64,000 nucleotides of DNA from Nanobdellota archaeon. GTDB lineage: Archaea > Nanobdellota > Nanobdellia > Woesearchaeales > JAHIVG01. Location: the NCBI GenBank assembly GCA_043806015.1, contig JAZDHH010000007.1:115698-179697 (forward strand), in the 5' to 3' direction. Of this stretch, positions 18,503 to 27,762 are shown piece by piece; position 1 is the first letter of the stretch, and every line of letters starts with the position of its first letter. Position numbers and translations under genes: made by a program. Below the pieces are notes generated by a model. That model saw only the letters and a program-made list of their open reading frames with translations. It ran no database searches and had not been told where the DNA came from.

Positions 18503-20236
18503 TTACTTCTTCAGCAGCCTTTCCACGACTGCCGCGAATGCCGGCCGCGTGATGAGGACGCCGATGGTGACCGCGAGGATTGTCGTTACCGCGAAGCCCT
18601 TCAGCAGGCCCGCGCCAGCGAACCAGAGCGGGAGCATGGCCACCACAGTGGCGAAATAAGCAGAGAAAATGATAAAGAACGCCTGCTTGATGCGCTGCTT
18701 CCAGCTGATGAAACTTGACGCTTTCTCGCCCTGGATGATCTCGTCCGTGATGACGATCTGGTCGTTCACGCCCGTGCCGAGCGCGACGATGATGCCAGCG
18801 ATCGCGGCAAGGTCAAGGTTCCAGCCGATGAGCGCAGCCAAGCCGAGCACGATCCAGGTCTCGGCGAACATGGTGAAGATGATGCCGACTGAGATGGCCA
18901 CCTTGCGGTAGCGGAAGAAGATGATGAGGGCGACGGCCAATGCGGCGAGCACGCCGATGAGCAGCGCGTTCTGCATGAACTCCGAGCCGAGCGCGGGCGA
19001 GATGTTGTCCGCCTTGACGATGCCTATCTTGACCGGCAGGCTGCCGGTGATGAGGATGGTCTGGAGCCGTTTCATCTCCTGGAGCGAGTTGGTGACGGCT
19101 TCCTGCTCTGTGGTGCCGACGCCGCTGCCCGAGATGGCGATGTCCGTTGTGGGAACGCCCTTGAGGTCAGCCCCGATGTTGAGCGAGTCCACGAGCTGGT
19201 CATCCAGGAAGAGGTCAATCTTTTCAGAGAGGTACTTGGTCCCGTCCTGGGATACGATCTCGAGGTCGCGGGTGAGGTCTGCCTGGCGCCTCGCCGCTTC
19301 AGGGGTGAGGGTGATGGCGAACTGGAAGCGGCATACCCAGGTCGCGCCATCCGCTGCCCTTCCACAGCCGACCTGCGGGTCGATGCCGGAGCATTCCGCG
19401 CTCCTGCACACATAGGTGATGTCCTCGCCGCCGCGGAAGACGGTCTGGTTCTTGATGCGGCTCTCGAACTTGCCCTGCCTGCCGAGCAACTCCTTGACCT
19501 CCTCCTCGTTGGCTCCGGCAATCTCCACGGAGATGTATTGGTTGCCGGACAGGTCGCCGGACTGCCTCACCACGACGTCGCTCAGGCCGAAGACGTTGAG
19601 GCGCTGCTTGAGGTTCTCGATGATGGTGTCCATCTGGTCCTGGGTGACTTTCTCCTCAGGCGCCATGAGGACCCTGGACCCGCCCTGCAGGTCGAGGCCT
19701 TTGCGCAGGTTTGAGTCAGGGGCAAGGTATAGCCGCAGCCCGATGTCCTCGGTGCCGATGACCTCCTCGAGAATCTTGGGCATTTCCTTGGTGACATTGT
19801 AGGGGATGAGCCTTGATTCAACCGTACCGTTCTCGGTCGTGACGTTCTCCTCGCGGTATTCGGTCACGGTCCTGAGCTCGGTCTCGTTGAGGGCAGTCCG
19901 CCGGAGGAGCGGCTTGGTGGTGAGCCGATACAAGGTCTTGGTCGTCTTGATGGTGAAGCTGCGCTCCGGTTCGAGGGTGGTGACGAAGGCCCGGTATTCC
20001 TCGACCGTGTTCACTGGCCGGTTGTTGATGGCCAGGACCCGCTCCCTGCTGCGCGGCGCGGTCGCCGGATTCGGGACCTGGATCCCTGCGATGGACGCGG
20101 AGCTGTTCATGGCCACGCCGCCGATGAGCAGGCCCTTGGTCTCGATGGCCGGATTTATGGCCACGAGGGCGAGCAGCATGACCACTAGCAGGATGATGAC
20201 CCTGAAGTTCGTGAATATCGCTTTAAGTTTTCCCAT
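18503..20236 (-). CDS. secD: Protein-export membrane protein SecD
   Basis: A large extracytoplasmic domain followed by a C-terminal 6-TM block (...IGVLAALAVALIIFF...GTGVNDQIVITDE). Confidence 0.85.
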   Translation of the reverse strand: MGKLKAIFTNFRVIILLVVMLLALVAINPAIETKGLLIGGVAMNSSASIAGIQVPNPATAPRSRERVLAINNRPVNTVEEYRAFVTTLEPERSFTIKTTKTLYRLTTKPLLRRTALNETELRTVTEYREENVTTENGTVESRLIPYNVTKEMPKILEEVIGTEDIGLRLYLAPDSNLRKGLDLQGGSRVLMAPEEKVTQDQMDTIIENLKQRLNVFGLSDVVVRQSGDLSGNQYISVEIAGANEEEVKELLGRQGKFESRIKNQTVFRGGEDITYVCRSAECSGIDPQVGCGRAADGATWVCRFQFAITLTPEAARRQADLTRDLEIVSQDGTKYLSEKIDLFLDDQLVDSLNIGADLKGVPTTDIAISGSGVGTTEQEAVTNSLQEMKRLQTILITGSLPVKIGIVKADNISPALGSEFMQNALLIGVLAALAVALIIFFRYRKVAISVGIIFTMFAETWIVLGLAALIGWNLDLAAIAGIIVALGTGVNDQIVITDEIIQGEKASSFISWKQRIKQAFFIIFSAYFATVVAMLPLWFAGAGLLKGFAVTTILAVTIGVLITRPAFAAVVERLLKK

Positions 20237-21209
20237 GTTTCTCGAGGTACCAGCGCAGGATGCCTGCGTTCTGCAGCCAGGTGTTCAGGATGTCGAACAC
20301 CAGGCCGATGGTGATGATAAGGAAGATCTGCGATAATGTTGAGGACTTGCTCAGGATGAGGCCGATGACGGTCGCGACCAAGGCTGTCAGCGTCATGGTG
20401 ATGCCGGTCTTCATGGCATTGAGGGTGCGGTCAAGCACCGTGCCGCCCTCGCGCTTGAGCACGCGCGTGGTGAGCAGGATGTCTGTGTCGATCGAATAGC
20501 CGATGAGCATGATGAAGGCCGCGATGCCGGCGGTCGAGATCTTGATGCCGAGGAGTTGGGTCAGGGCGAAGGTGCAGACGATGTCAGAGAACGCCGCCAG
20601 GATGACGAAGAGGCTCGGCACGAGGTTGCGGAAGGTGATGAGCACGATGATGGACATGAACAGGAAGGCGAGGAGCAGCGCGATGCCGGTCTCCCGTAAG
20701 AAGCTCTTGCCCAGGGAGGATCCCATGATCTCGACGCTGAGCTGTTCCTTGGTGAGCTTGCCGAACAGGGCCTCTGCTGTGGAGCGCAGCTCTCCCTCGA
20801 TGAGCTCTCCGGTCTCGATGATATAGCCTTTCTGATCGCCTGAGCTGAACTTGCGGACGGTGAACTCCTTGCCCGTGTGCCTTCCCGAGAAGAAGTCTTG
20901 CACCTCTTTCAAGGGCAGGTCCTTTTCGGAGAGCACGGTGATGGAGATGCCTCCGGCGAGGCTGATGTCCTTGTTGATCCAGACTCCGGTCATGGCGTAC
21001 TTGATGCCGATGAAGCCGAGCGAGGCGAAGAGGAGGAACAGGGTGAAGAGCATGAGGACCTTGTAGTGCTTACTATAGGTCTCGTAGAAAAAACCGTGCT
21101 TTTTCCCTTCGTGTCTGGGCTGCTCCGCAGTGACGGCCTCAGAGGGCGCTGCCTCCTCTTTCCGCAACTTTCGCCAAAGCAGCCGTTTCCTTCGTGAGCG
21201 TTTCCCCAT
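20223..21209 (-). CDS. secF: Protein-export membrane protein SecF
   Basis: SecF-like TM block, located upstream of secD and overlapping it. Confidence 0.85.
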   Translation of the reverse strand: MGKRSRRKRLLWRKLRKEEAAPSEAVTAEQPRHEGKKHGFFYETYSKHYKVLMLFTLFLLFASLGFIGIKYAMTGVWINKDISLAGGISITVLSEKDLPLKEVQDFFSGRHTGKEFTVRKFSSGDQKGYIIETGELIEGELRSTAEALFGKLTKEQLSVEIMGSSLGKSFLRETGIALLLAFLFMSIIVLITFRNLVPSLFVILAAFSDIVCTFALTQLLGIKISTAGIAAFIMLIGYSIDTDILLTTRVLKREGGTVLDRTLNAMKTGITMTLTALVATVIGLILSKSSTLSQIFLIITIGLVFDILNTWLQNAGILRWYLEKHGKT

Positions 21210-21298
21210 ACCCGGTGCCCTGAACCGCGGTCGCTTTTTAAATCTTGCGATGGTTTCTGAGGAAAAACATTATAAAGCCGAAACCCTGCATCCTCGCC

Positions 21299-21562
21299 AT
21301 GGCGCAGCCAAGGACACATTATTTCCTGAACCTCGGCATGGCCATCGCCTTTCTGCTCTGTTTCCTGACAGGTCTCGTGAAATTCCCAGGGCTGCTTCTC
21401 TGGCTGGGCATCAATCCGGGTTCCATGCCCCTGTGGCAGATCAGCAGGATCCATGACTGGAGCGGCATCGCCCTCGGCGCCTTTGTCGCGGTTCATCTCA
21501 TCCTCCACGCCCGCTGGATCGCGGCCATGACCAAGAAAGTGTTCGGAGGCAAGGGCTCTTGA
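21299..21562 (+). CDS. Small membrane protein
   Basis: Has hydrophobic helices. It is coupled to the next gene through an ATGA overlap. Confidence 0.4.
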   Translation: MAQPRTHYFLNLGMAIAFLLCFLTGLVKFPGLLLWLGINPGSMPLWQISRIHDWSGIALGAFVAVHLILHARWIAAMTKKVFGGKGS

Positions 21563-21759
21563 GGCCGCTTATTATGCTGGTGATTGTGGCGCTCCTGTGG
21601 GGCTGCTCATCGGAGCACCAGGAGGGCGACACGATCACAGGCGAGTCAATCGCTGAGGCACCCGATTGCCCTTCCGGCCTCGTCAATGACCCCTATCCCG
21701 GCAGCTGCGGCAGCTATGTCGATGCGGACAAGGACAGCATCTGCGATCATTCCCAATGA
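21559..21759 (+). CDS. Small secreted/lipoprotein-like Cys-containing protein
   Basis: A signal peptide with the lipobox-like LWGCSS, then a polar 40-aa tail with four Cys residues. Confidence 0.35.
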   Translation: MRPLIMLVIVALLWGCSSEHQEGDTITGESIAEAPDCPSGLVNDPYPGSCGSYVDADKDSICDHSQ

Positions 21760-22460
21760 GCGAAAAAGAGGTTGAGGAGGAAGAGGGAAGCGAGGACGAG
21801 AGTGATGAGGGCGGAAAAGAGGGCAAGCGCCCGCGCAGGCCGCCCTGGCGCATCATCCTGGTTTTTTTCATCATCATCGTCGCCATTTTTCTCAAGCTGC
21901 CCGTCGTGACGCAGGAGCATCATCCCGAGGAGTTTCCGGTGAATGTCACGGTCACCATGGTCGAGGTGCGGCAGGAGAACACGACGCAATGCCAGCCGAG
22001 GGATTACAACTGGACCTATCGTTGGGATGGCTGGGATCCTCAGTTGGGTGATGTCATCTCACCGCGTTTTTTCCTGAGGAACGGCATGGACCTTTCCGGG
22101 GAGTACGAGGTGCAGTTCGCCTTCTTCGACGACAGGGTGTACCGCTTCGAGGACTATTCGACGAAGGAGACGACTTCTGAGACGCTCCCCTGGGGCGCAT
22201 CCGCCATGTCCAGCGCCCGGACCAGGGTCTTGGTGGGGCCTTCTGAAGAGGTGAGGGTGGCCATCCCCACCCAGAAGAAAGACCCGACGAGCACCTACTG
22301 GACCTATGCGGACGTGGTCGCGCCGAAGTATGACTTCTGCGGGCCGCTCACCATCGCCAGGAACATGACCGTGCAGAAGGACGTCGTCAAGTACATCACG
22401 GTCAACCAGTCCACGTGCACCGTCAGGTATGAGTATTGGTGGCGGCGAGCATTTAATTAA
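21756..22460 (+). CDS. Single-pass membrane protein with an acidic N-terminus and an N-glycosylation-sequon-rich ectodomain
   Basis: Acidic N-terminal stretch, one TM helix and several N-x-S/T sequons. Confidence 0.45.
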   Translation: MSEKEVEEEEGSEDESDEGGKEGKRPRRPPWRIILVFFIIIVAIFLKLPVVTQEHHPEEFPVNVTVTMVEVRQENTTQCQPRDYNWTYRWDGWDPQLGDVISPRFFLRNGMDLSGEYEVQFAFFDDRVYRFEDYSTKETTSETLPWGASAMSSARTRVLVGPSEEVRVAIPTQKKDPTSTYWTYADVVAPKYDFCGPLTIARNMTVQKDVVKYITVNQSTCTVRYEYWWRRAFN

Positions 22461-22538
22461 TTCTAACAAGGAGACTTTCAAGAAAAGAATCAGAATCCTG
22501 AAAAAGTATTAATAGGACTGTCATTTATTAACACCACC

Positions 22539-23012
22539 ATGCTAGAGATTCCTGACCTCGAAACGCAGGCGAGGGGAAACCTCCCACAAGAAGAATCGAT
22601 CGCGGAAGCATATCTAAAAAGGCGTACTAATCTTCTTAACGTGCTTGAGGCTGCGACACAAGAGCTTGCCCCACTTTTCCCTGGAGAATTGCGTGTTGGA
22701 ATTTCTGATGCAGGGGCGTCCGGAACAACCTGCGCATACATTCAACACAGGGGGTCAGGGCTGAGAAAGTTGGAAGTGGCCGTTTTTGATTTTCTTGGAC
22801 CAACAGACTATCCACACGGCCTTCTTTGTGCCATCGAATGCACTTCAGAGAATCTCGATCAGTTGCGAGGCAGGGTTTATGATTGGAAAGCAAAACCTGT
22901 TGTTTCTCGTCTCTTTCATGAATATGCCTTTAAAATGCAGATTCCAGGATATCTCCAGGGGGGATGGCCATCATATTCCGTTCCCTTGCCATCCCCTGAA
23001 TCACCTTCCTAA
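22539..23012 (+). CDS. Hypothetical protein in a low-GC islet
   Basis: 157-aa ORF at about 47% GC. Confidence 0.3.
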   Translation: MLEIPDLETQARGNLPQEESIAEAYLKRRTNLLNVLEAATQELAPLFPGELRVGISDAGASGTTCAYIQHRGSGLRKLEVAVFDFLGPTDYPHGLLCAIECTSENLDQLRGRVYDWKAKPVVSRLFHEYAFKMQIPGYLQGGWPSYSVPLPSPESPS

Positions 23013-23042
23013 TCAGAAAAAGATATCGTTTTCTTTTTGCCC

Positions 23043-24755
23043 TTAGCCTTTATACTTCATCGCCGCCGCGACAAGGCCGTCGAACAGGGGGTGCGACGAC
23101 AGCGGCCTTGACGTGAATTCCGGATGGAACTGCGTGCCGACGAAATAAGGGTGCTTCGGCAGCTCGAGGACCTGCATGATCTGCTTGCCCTCGGCCCACC
23201 CGGAAAAGGCCATGCCCTGCTTCTCTAGACTATCTATATAGGCAGGGTTGCATTCATAGCGGTGCCGGAAGCGCTCACGAACCGTCTCCTTCTTGCCGTA
23301 CAGCTCCCAGGCCTTGCTTCCCGGCCTGAGGATGACGTCCCTTCCGCCAAGCCGCATGTTTCCGCCCAGGCTCTGGATGTATTTCTGCTCAGGCAGGATG
23401 TCGATGACAGGGTGCGGCGTTGCGGTGTCGACCTCGGTCGTGTTGGCTCCGCCGAGTGAGCAGACGTTGCGCGCGAACTCGATGACCGCCATCTGGAAGC
23501 CGAAGCATAGGCCAAGGTAGGGCATGTTGTGCTCGCGCGCGTAGGTGATGCAGGCGATCTTGCCTTCTGTGCCTCTTTTGCCGAAGCCGCCCGGCACGAT
23601 GATGCCCGAGATTTCTTCCATCGCCTTCTCGACCGTCAGGGTCCCCTTCTCGATCTCGGTGGTCTCGATCCACTTGAGCCGGATCTTGGCTTTCGCCTTC
23701 CCGCCGGCGTGCTCGAGCGCCTTGATGATGCTCGCGTAGCTGTCCCTGACCCAGGTGTACTTGCCGGTGATGCCGATGACCAGCTCCCGGTCAGGATGCA
23801 GGATGTTGTCCGCGAGCCCTGCCCATTCCTTGAGATGCTTCTCCCCGTTGGTGACGCGGTCGCGCAGCGACAGGATGTCGAGGACAGCCTCGTCGAGCTT
23901 CGCTTCATGCAAGGACAGGGGCAGGAGGTAGATGCTCTTGACGTCGTGCGAGGAGAACACGCGCTCGATGGGCACGTTGGAGAAGATGGAGATCTTCTCG
24001 CGGACCTTCTCGGTCACCGGGTTCTCGGCCCTGCAGGCGATGATGTGCGGCTGGATGCCCATGGACAATAGGTTTTTTATGCCGAGCTGCGCGGCCTTGC
24101 TCTTCTGCTCGCCCAGGAATCCTGGCTCGAGGATGTACGTCAAGGTGACGAAGCAGACGTTGCCCGGCCCTTCCTCGTAGTTGAGCTCGCGCATTGCCTC
24201 GAGGTAATAGGAATTCTCGATATCGCCGACCGTTCCTCCGATCTCGACGATGACCACGTCCGCCTTGTTCTTCATGGCGAGCGATCGCAGGACGCGCTTG
24301 ACCTCGCCCGTGACATGGGGGACGAACTGCACATCCCTCCCCAGGTATTGGCCTTTCCGCTCGCGCTCCAGGATGTTGGAGAAGAGCCTGCCCGCTGTGA
24401 GGAAGTTTTCCTTGCTCAGCTGCAGGTTGAGGAAGCGCTCATAGGTGCCTAAATCCATGTCGCACTCGGTGCCGTCGTCGAGGACGAAGACCTCGCCGTG
24501 CCGGAACGGATTGAGGGTTCCAGAATCGATGTTGAGGTAGCCCTCGAGCTTTATCGGCGCCACAGTGAGGCCTTTCGCCTGCAGGAGCTGCGCCAGGCTC
24601 GATGAAAAGATGCCCTTGCCCAGGCCGGACATCACGGTTCCTGTCGTGATGATGAACTTTGTCTTGCCGCGCTCGTAGCCTGCCGGGATGTCATGAAAGA
24701 ATTCATGCTCATCAGACTGCTTCGCGATGCTTGAAAGGATGCTCAACGATCCCAC
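23043..24755 (-). CDS. pyrG: CTP synthase
   Basis: Contains ...TGTVMSGLGKG... with a C-terminal glutamine amidotransferase domain (GICLGMQ-type). The ORF begins at a GTG and carries an N-terminal extension of about 28 aa. Confidence 0.95.
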   Translation of the reverse strand: MGSLSILSSIAKQSDEHEFFHDIPAGYERGKTKFIITTGTVMSGLGKGIFSSSLAQLLQAKGLTVAPIKLEGYLNIDSGTLNPFRHGEVFVLDDGTECDMDLGTYERFLNLQLSKENFLTAGRLFSNILERERKGQYLGRDVQFVPHVTGEVKRVLRSLAMKNKADVVIVEIGGTVGDIENSYYLEAMRELNYEEGPGNVCFVTLTYILEPGFLGEQKSKAAQLGIKNLLSMGIQPHIIACRAENPVTEKVREKISIFSNVPIERVFSSHDVKSIYLLPLSLHEAKLDEAVLDILSLRDRVTNGEKHLKEWAGLADNILHPDRELVIGITGKYTWVRDSYASIIKALEHAGGKAKAKIRLKWIETTEIEKGTLTVEKAMEEISGIIVPGGFGKRGTEGKIACITYAREHNMPYLGLCFGFQMAVIEFARNVCSLGGANTTEVDTATPHPVIDILPEQKYIQSLGGNMRLGGRDVILRPGSKAWELYGKKETVRERFRHRYECNPAYIDSLEKQGMAFSGWAEGKQIMQVLELPKHPYFVGTQFHPEFTSRPLSSHPLFDGLVAAAMKYKG

Positions 24756-24841
24756 CCCAGAAGTGTTGGTTGCACCGCTTGGGAGTGCCTGCGGGCTTTT
24801 TATGTTTTGCGGTGAGGGAAGAGATGCTGCCTCAGTCCATC

Positions 24842-25417
24842 TCAGAAAAACGTCTTGATCAAGCCCGAGTAGACCGTCCAGCCGTCGAACATGGGGATGG
24901 GCAGCATGTTGAAGATGAACAGGAACATGTTGATGTTCCGGGTCAGCCGAACGAAGAGCCGGTGCTTCGGCCTCACCGCGCCTGATTTCTCATACAGCAG
25001 CAGCCCTAGCCAGAGCACCAGGTTCACGCCGGGGCCGGCGAAGGCGACGAGGCTGAACTGGACCGGAGATGCGCTTCCCATGATGCTCGTGAACGCAGGC
25101 ACGAAGAAGATGAATCCGAAGTTGATGAGCTTGAGGAACAGGCCGATGGCCAGCCACAGGTACGCTGCCTGGAAGGTCGCGTGCATGCCATAGCCGAGGG
25201 CCATGAACTTGTGGCCGAGCTCGTGCAGGATGATGGCCGGCGCCGTGACCATGGCCGCGAACCAGAAGGCATTGAGCTTCGGCCCGCGCTTGGTGTAGTA
25301 GGCGACCGGGTCGTGCGCGTGGTACCTCGGCTGCGGGAAGGCGTCCTTGAAGATGTAGCCCACGAACGCCGTCATGATGACGATGTCCACGATTTCCATG
25401 AAGGTGAAGAGGGGCAT
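24842..25417 (-). CDS. M50-family (site-2 protease-like) membrane zinc metalloprotease
   Basis: Contains an HELGH motif within a polytopic membrane protein. Confidence 0.7.
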   Translation of the reverse strand: MPLFTFMEIVDIVIMTAFVGYIFKDAFPQPRYHAHDPVAYYTKRGPKLNAFWFAAMVTAPAIILHELGHKFMALGYGMHATFQAAYLWLAIGLFLKLINFGFIFFVPAFTSIMGSASPVQFSLVAFAGPGVNLVLWLGLLLYEKSGAVRPKHRLFVRLTRNINMFLFIFNMLPIPMFDGWTVYSGLIKTFF

Positions 25418-25458
25418 GGAGAGGCAAAGAGGATGTGCTTATAAAAAGGTTGCGGAAT

Positions 25459-26220
25459 TCAGTTCGGCCCCTCAGCCGCGATCTGCACGATGTTCCCGCG
25501 GACGAGAGGGATGAGCGGGGTACCGAATCCGACATGGGATAGGGCGAAGGGGATGAATGCCTGTGCAGGAATGGAGCCATGCTCATCCAGATAAGCGATC
25601 GCCTGGGGGAAACGGGAATACGGCTCTTCGAGTTCTGCCTGGTGCGCCAAAACTTGTTGCCTGAGCTCAAGCTCATGTTCGAGTTCGCGATACAACTCAG
25701 CAAAGTCTGGACTCTGCGGGTCACGGTCGTGGAGCGGGACAGGCTCCAGCCCTGTCGAGGTGACAAGCCGGTCTAGGGTTGCCTCGAGTTGCAGAGGAAG
25801 CTTCTGTAATCCGCTTGCGACAGCGAGGACGGATCCGGATTTCCTCTCCCGGCTATGGTAAATGCCGGAGATAAGGCACCCTGTTCCTTGATCATATCCC
25901 TGAAACCCGTAGGTCATCACATCCATCATGAAAACCCCTCCTTCGAACAACCACTTGGGGATAAGGGCGCAACCGAGCCTTCCGGGAGTGTCGGGTTCAG
26001 CAGGGTTCCAAAGAACTGAGGCATCATAATCATGCACTTCCGAATGATAGGGCAAGCCGCCCGTAGTACGATCGCAGGGAGGGATTCGTATGTCTCTTGC
26101 CATCCTTAATGCAAAAGCCCTGAAGCTCGTGAACGGTTCCTGCATGTCGACAAGGAGGATGGCGAAGCTGGATGCCGCTCCTTCAACACGATAAACCCGG
26201 GGTTGATAGTATTCTACCAT
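25459..26220 (-). CDS. Hypothetical protein
   Basis: 253-aa ORF. Confidence 0.35.
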   Translation of the reverse strand: MVEYYQPRVYRVEGAASSFAILLVDMQEPFTSFRAFALRMARDIRIPPCDRTTGGLPYHSEVHDYDASVLWNPAEPDTPGRLGCALIPKWLFEGGVFMMDVMTYGFQGYDQGTGCLISGIYHSRERKSGSVLAVASGLQKLPLQLEATLDRLVTSTGLEPVPLHDRDPQSPDFAELYRELEHELELRQQVLAHQAELEEPYSRFPQAIAYLDEHGSIPAQAFIPFALSHVGFGTPLIPLVRGNIVQIAAEGPN

Positions 26221-26320
26221 GGGAGTTCATCAGGGTGTTTCATTTGCCTTTTAATATTTTTTCAGGAGAAGCGAGCGGTTCAGGAAAGACAAAATACATA
26301 AAAACTGTTCTTCGTTTCCC

Positions 26321-26677
26321 TTGCGCATGACCGAGCTCATCGCCTGCCTGTCGTCAGGAAAGGGCACCTGGGCGGAAGTCGCCCACATCATGCAGGCGGA
26401 GTCCTGGGACGCCGTCTACCTCGTCAGCGACGAGTTCGGCCGCGAGAAGTTCCAGGGCAAGGCCGAGTTCGTGCTCATCAACGACAACATGCCGATCACC
26501 ATGATGTCTCGGATCATCCGGGAGCAGCTCCAGAACAGGATCAAGGGCACCGAGGTGGCGGTCAACTTCTCCTCAGGATCAGGCAAGGAGCACATGGCGA
26601 TGCTCAGCGCCGTGCTGCAGCTCGGCGTCGGCCTCCGCTTCGTGGCGATGACGGAGCGCGGGATCGTGACATTATAA
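26321..26677 (+). CDS. Hypothetical protein
   Basis: 118-aa ORF. Confidence 0.35.
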   Translation: MRMTELIACLSSGKGTWAEVAHIMQAESWDAVYLVSDEFGREKFQGKAEFVLINDNMPITMMSRIIREQLQNRIKGTEVAVNFSSGSGKEHMAMLSAVLQLGVGLRFVAMTERGIVTL

Positions 26678-26698
26678 TTCCATTGCGTTGAGAATATC

Positions 26699-27289
26699 CT
26701 ATTCGTGTCGGCTCAGATACACATGATACCCGGCCTTCTTCGCGATTGTCGTCACATTGCCAAAACTGTCCTGCATCGCGGCCATCAGCGCCTTGCCGCC
26801 CTTGTTGTGCCGCACGACGATCTGCAGGCTGCCGCCGGCGGGCAGATGCCCCGTCGCCTCGGCGATGATGCGCAGGCAGATGTCCTTGCCTGCTGACTGC
26901 GGCGGGTTGCAGACGATCGCGGAGAACGAGCCGAGGCCCGTGTACAGGTCGCCGTCCTTCACCTCGACGTTCTGCGCCTTGTTGCGCCTCGCGTTCAGCT
27001 TCGCGCATGAAACCGCGCGCCGGTTCACGTCGACGAGGACGAAAGCCAGCGCAGGATGCGCCCTCGCGAGCGCGATCCCCACAGCGCCGTAGCCGCAGCC
27101 GAGGTCAAGGACGCTGCCCTGCTGCGGCAGCTCCGCCGCCTCGATGAGCAGCCTGCTGCCGGGGTCGATGCGCGTGAGAGAGAACATGCCGGAGTCAGTG
27201 ACGAAGGTGAGCCGGCTGCCGAGCAGCGTGGCCGAGATCTCCTGCTCCTTGCTCGCGCTCGTCTGCTTTTCCGAAAAGTAGTGGGGCAT
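26699..27289 (-). CDS. Class I SAM-dependent methyltransferase ('methyltransferase small domain', RsmC/METTL5-like)
   Basis: Starts MPHYFSE..., carries VLDLGCGYG (motif I) and CNPPQ (motif IV). The longer ORF in the track (ending at 27664) is probably an over-extension. Confidence 0.7.
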   Translation of the reverse strand: MPHYFSEKQTSASKEQEISATLLGSRLTFVTDSGMFSLTRIDPGSRLLIEAAELPQQGSVLDLGCGYGAVGIALARAHPALAFVLVDVNRRAVSCAKLNARRNKAQNVEVKDGDLYTGLGSFSAIVCNPPQSAGKDICLRIIAEATGHLPAGGSLQIVVRHNKGGKALMAAMQDSFGNVTTIAKKAGYHVYLSRHE

Positions 27290-27342
27290 GGGCAATCCAG
27301 GGAACAAGGGGTTTATTAGGCCTTCGAATTTAACAGAGATCC

Positions 27343-27437
27343 TGAGTTCCATCCCGCCACTGGCGCCGGCCGACCGGGGGCTGTCCCTTACGGGGTGGTC
27401 GGCAGGACAAACACGAAGCGTTTGGCCGTCGGCCGCC
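27343..27437. other. GC-rich nested-helix element, candidate structured RNA
   Basis: CCCGCCACT at the 5' end pairs with AGTGGCGGG at the 3' end. An inner GCCGACC/GGTCGGC helix encloses a small CCC-ttac-GGG hairpin. It lies between a T-rich terminator and the methyltransferase start codon. Confidence 0.2.
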
Positions 27438-27495
27438 ATTAGTGGCGGGATGAAAAAGAAGATAAAAAAAATTGAGAATGGGCAGGTCGAAATAT

Positions 27496-27711
27496 TCACT
27501 TCTTGAACTTGTACTCGAACACTTTCCTTTTGCCCGCCTTCTTGCTCTCGCGCTTCTTGATGCGGAACTGCACCTGCTTGCTCTCCCGGAGGCGCTTGAG
27601 GCTTGTGGTGACTGAGCCGATGGAGGCGCGCAGCCCGCGTGCTATCTCCTTCGAGAGGAACCACGTGATCTTGTGCTTCCGCAGAAAGCTGTAGACGTCC
27701 TGCTGTCCCAT
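27496..27711 (-). CDS. Small winged-helix DNA-binding protein
   Basis: 71-aa basic protein with an HTH-like core. A TATA (tttatatcc) lies upstream and a T8 tract downstream. Confidence 0.45.
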   Translation of the reverse strand: MGQQDVYSFLRKHKITWFLSKEIARGLRASIGSVTTSLKRLRESKQVQFRIKKRESKKAGKRKVFEYKFKK

Positions 27712-27762
27712 AAGGTGTTTTTCTGCAAGGAGAGGATATAAACCTTTCGGTTTAAAAAGAGC

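Noticed and set aside
26699-27664. Full 321-aa version of the methyltransferase ORF.
   Set aside because: The first 125 codons translate the GC-rich hairpin region into low-complexity sequence. The methyltransferase-small-domain homology begins at MPHYFSE (27289), which sits at a sensible spacing from an upstream AT-rich stretch.
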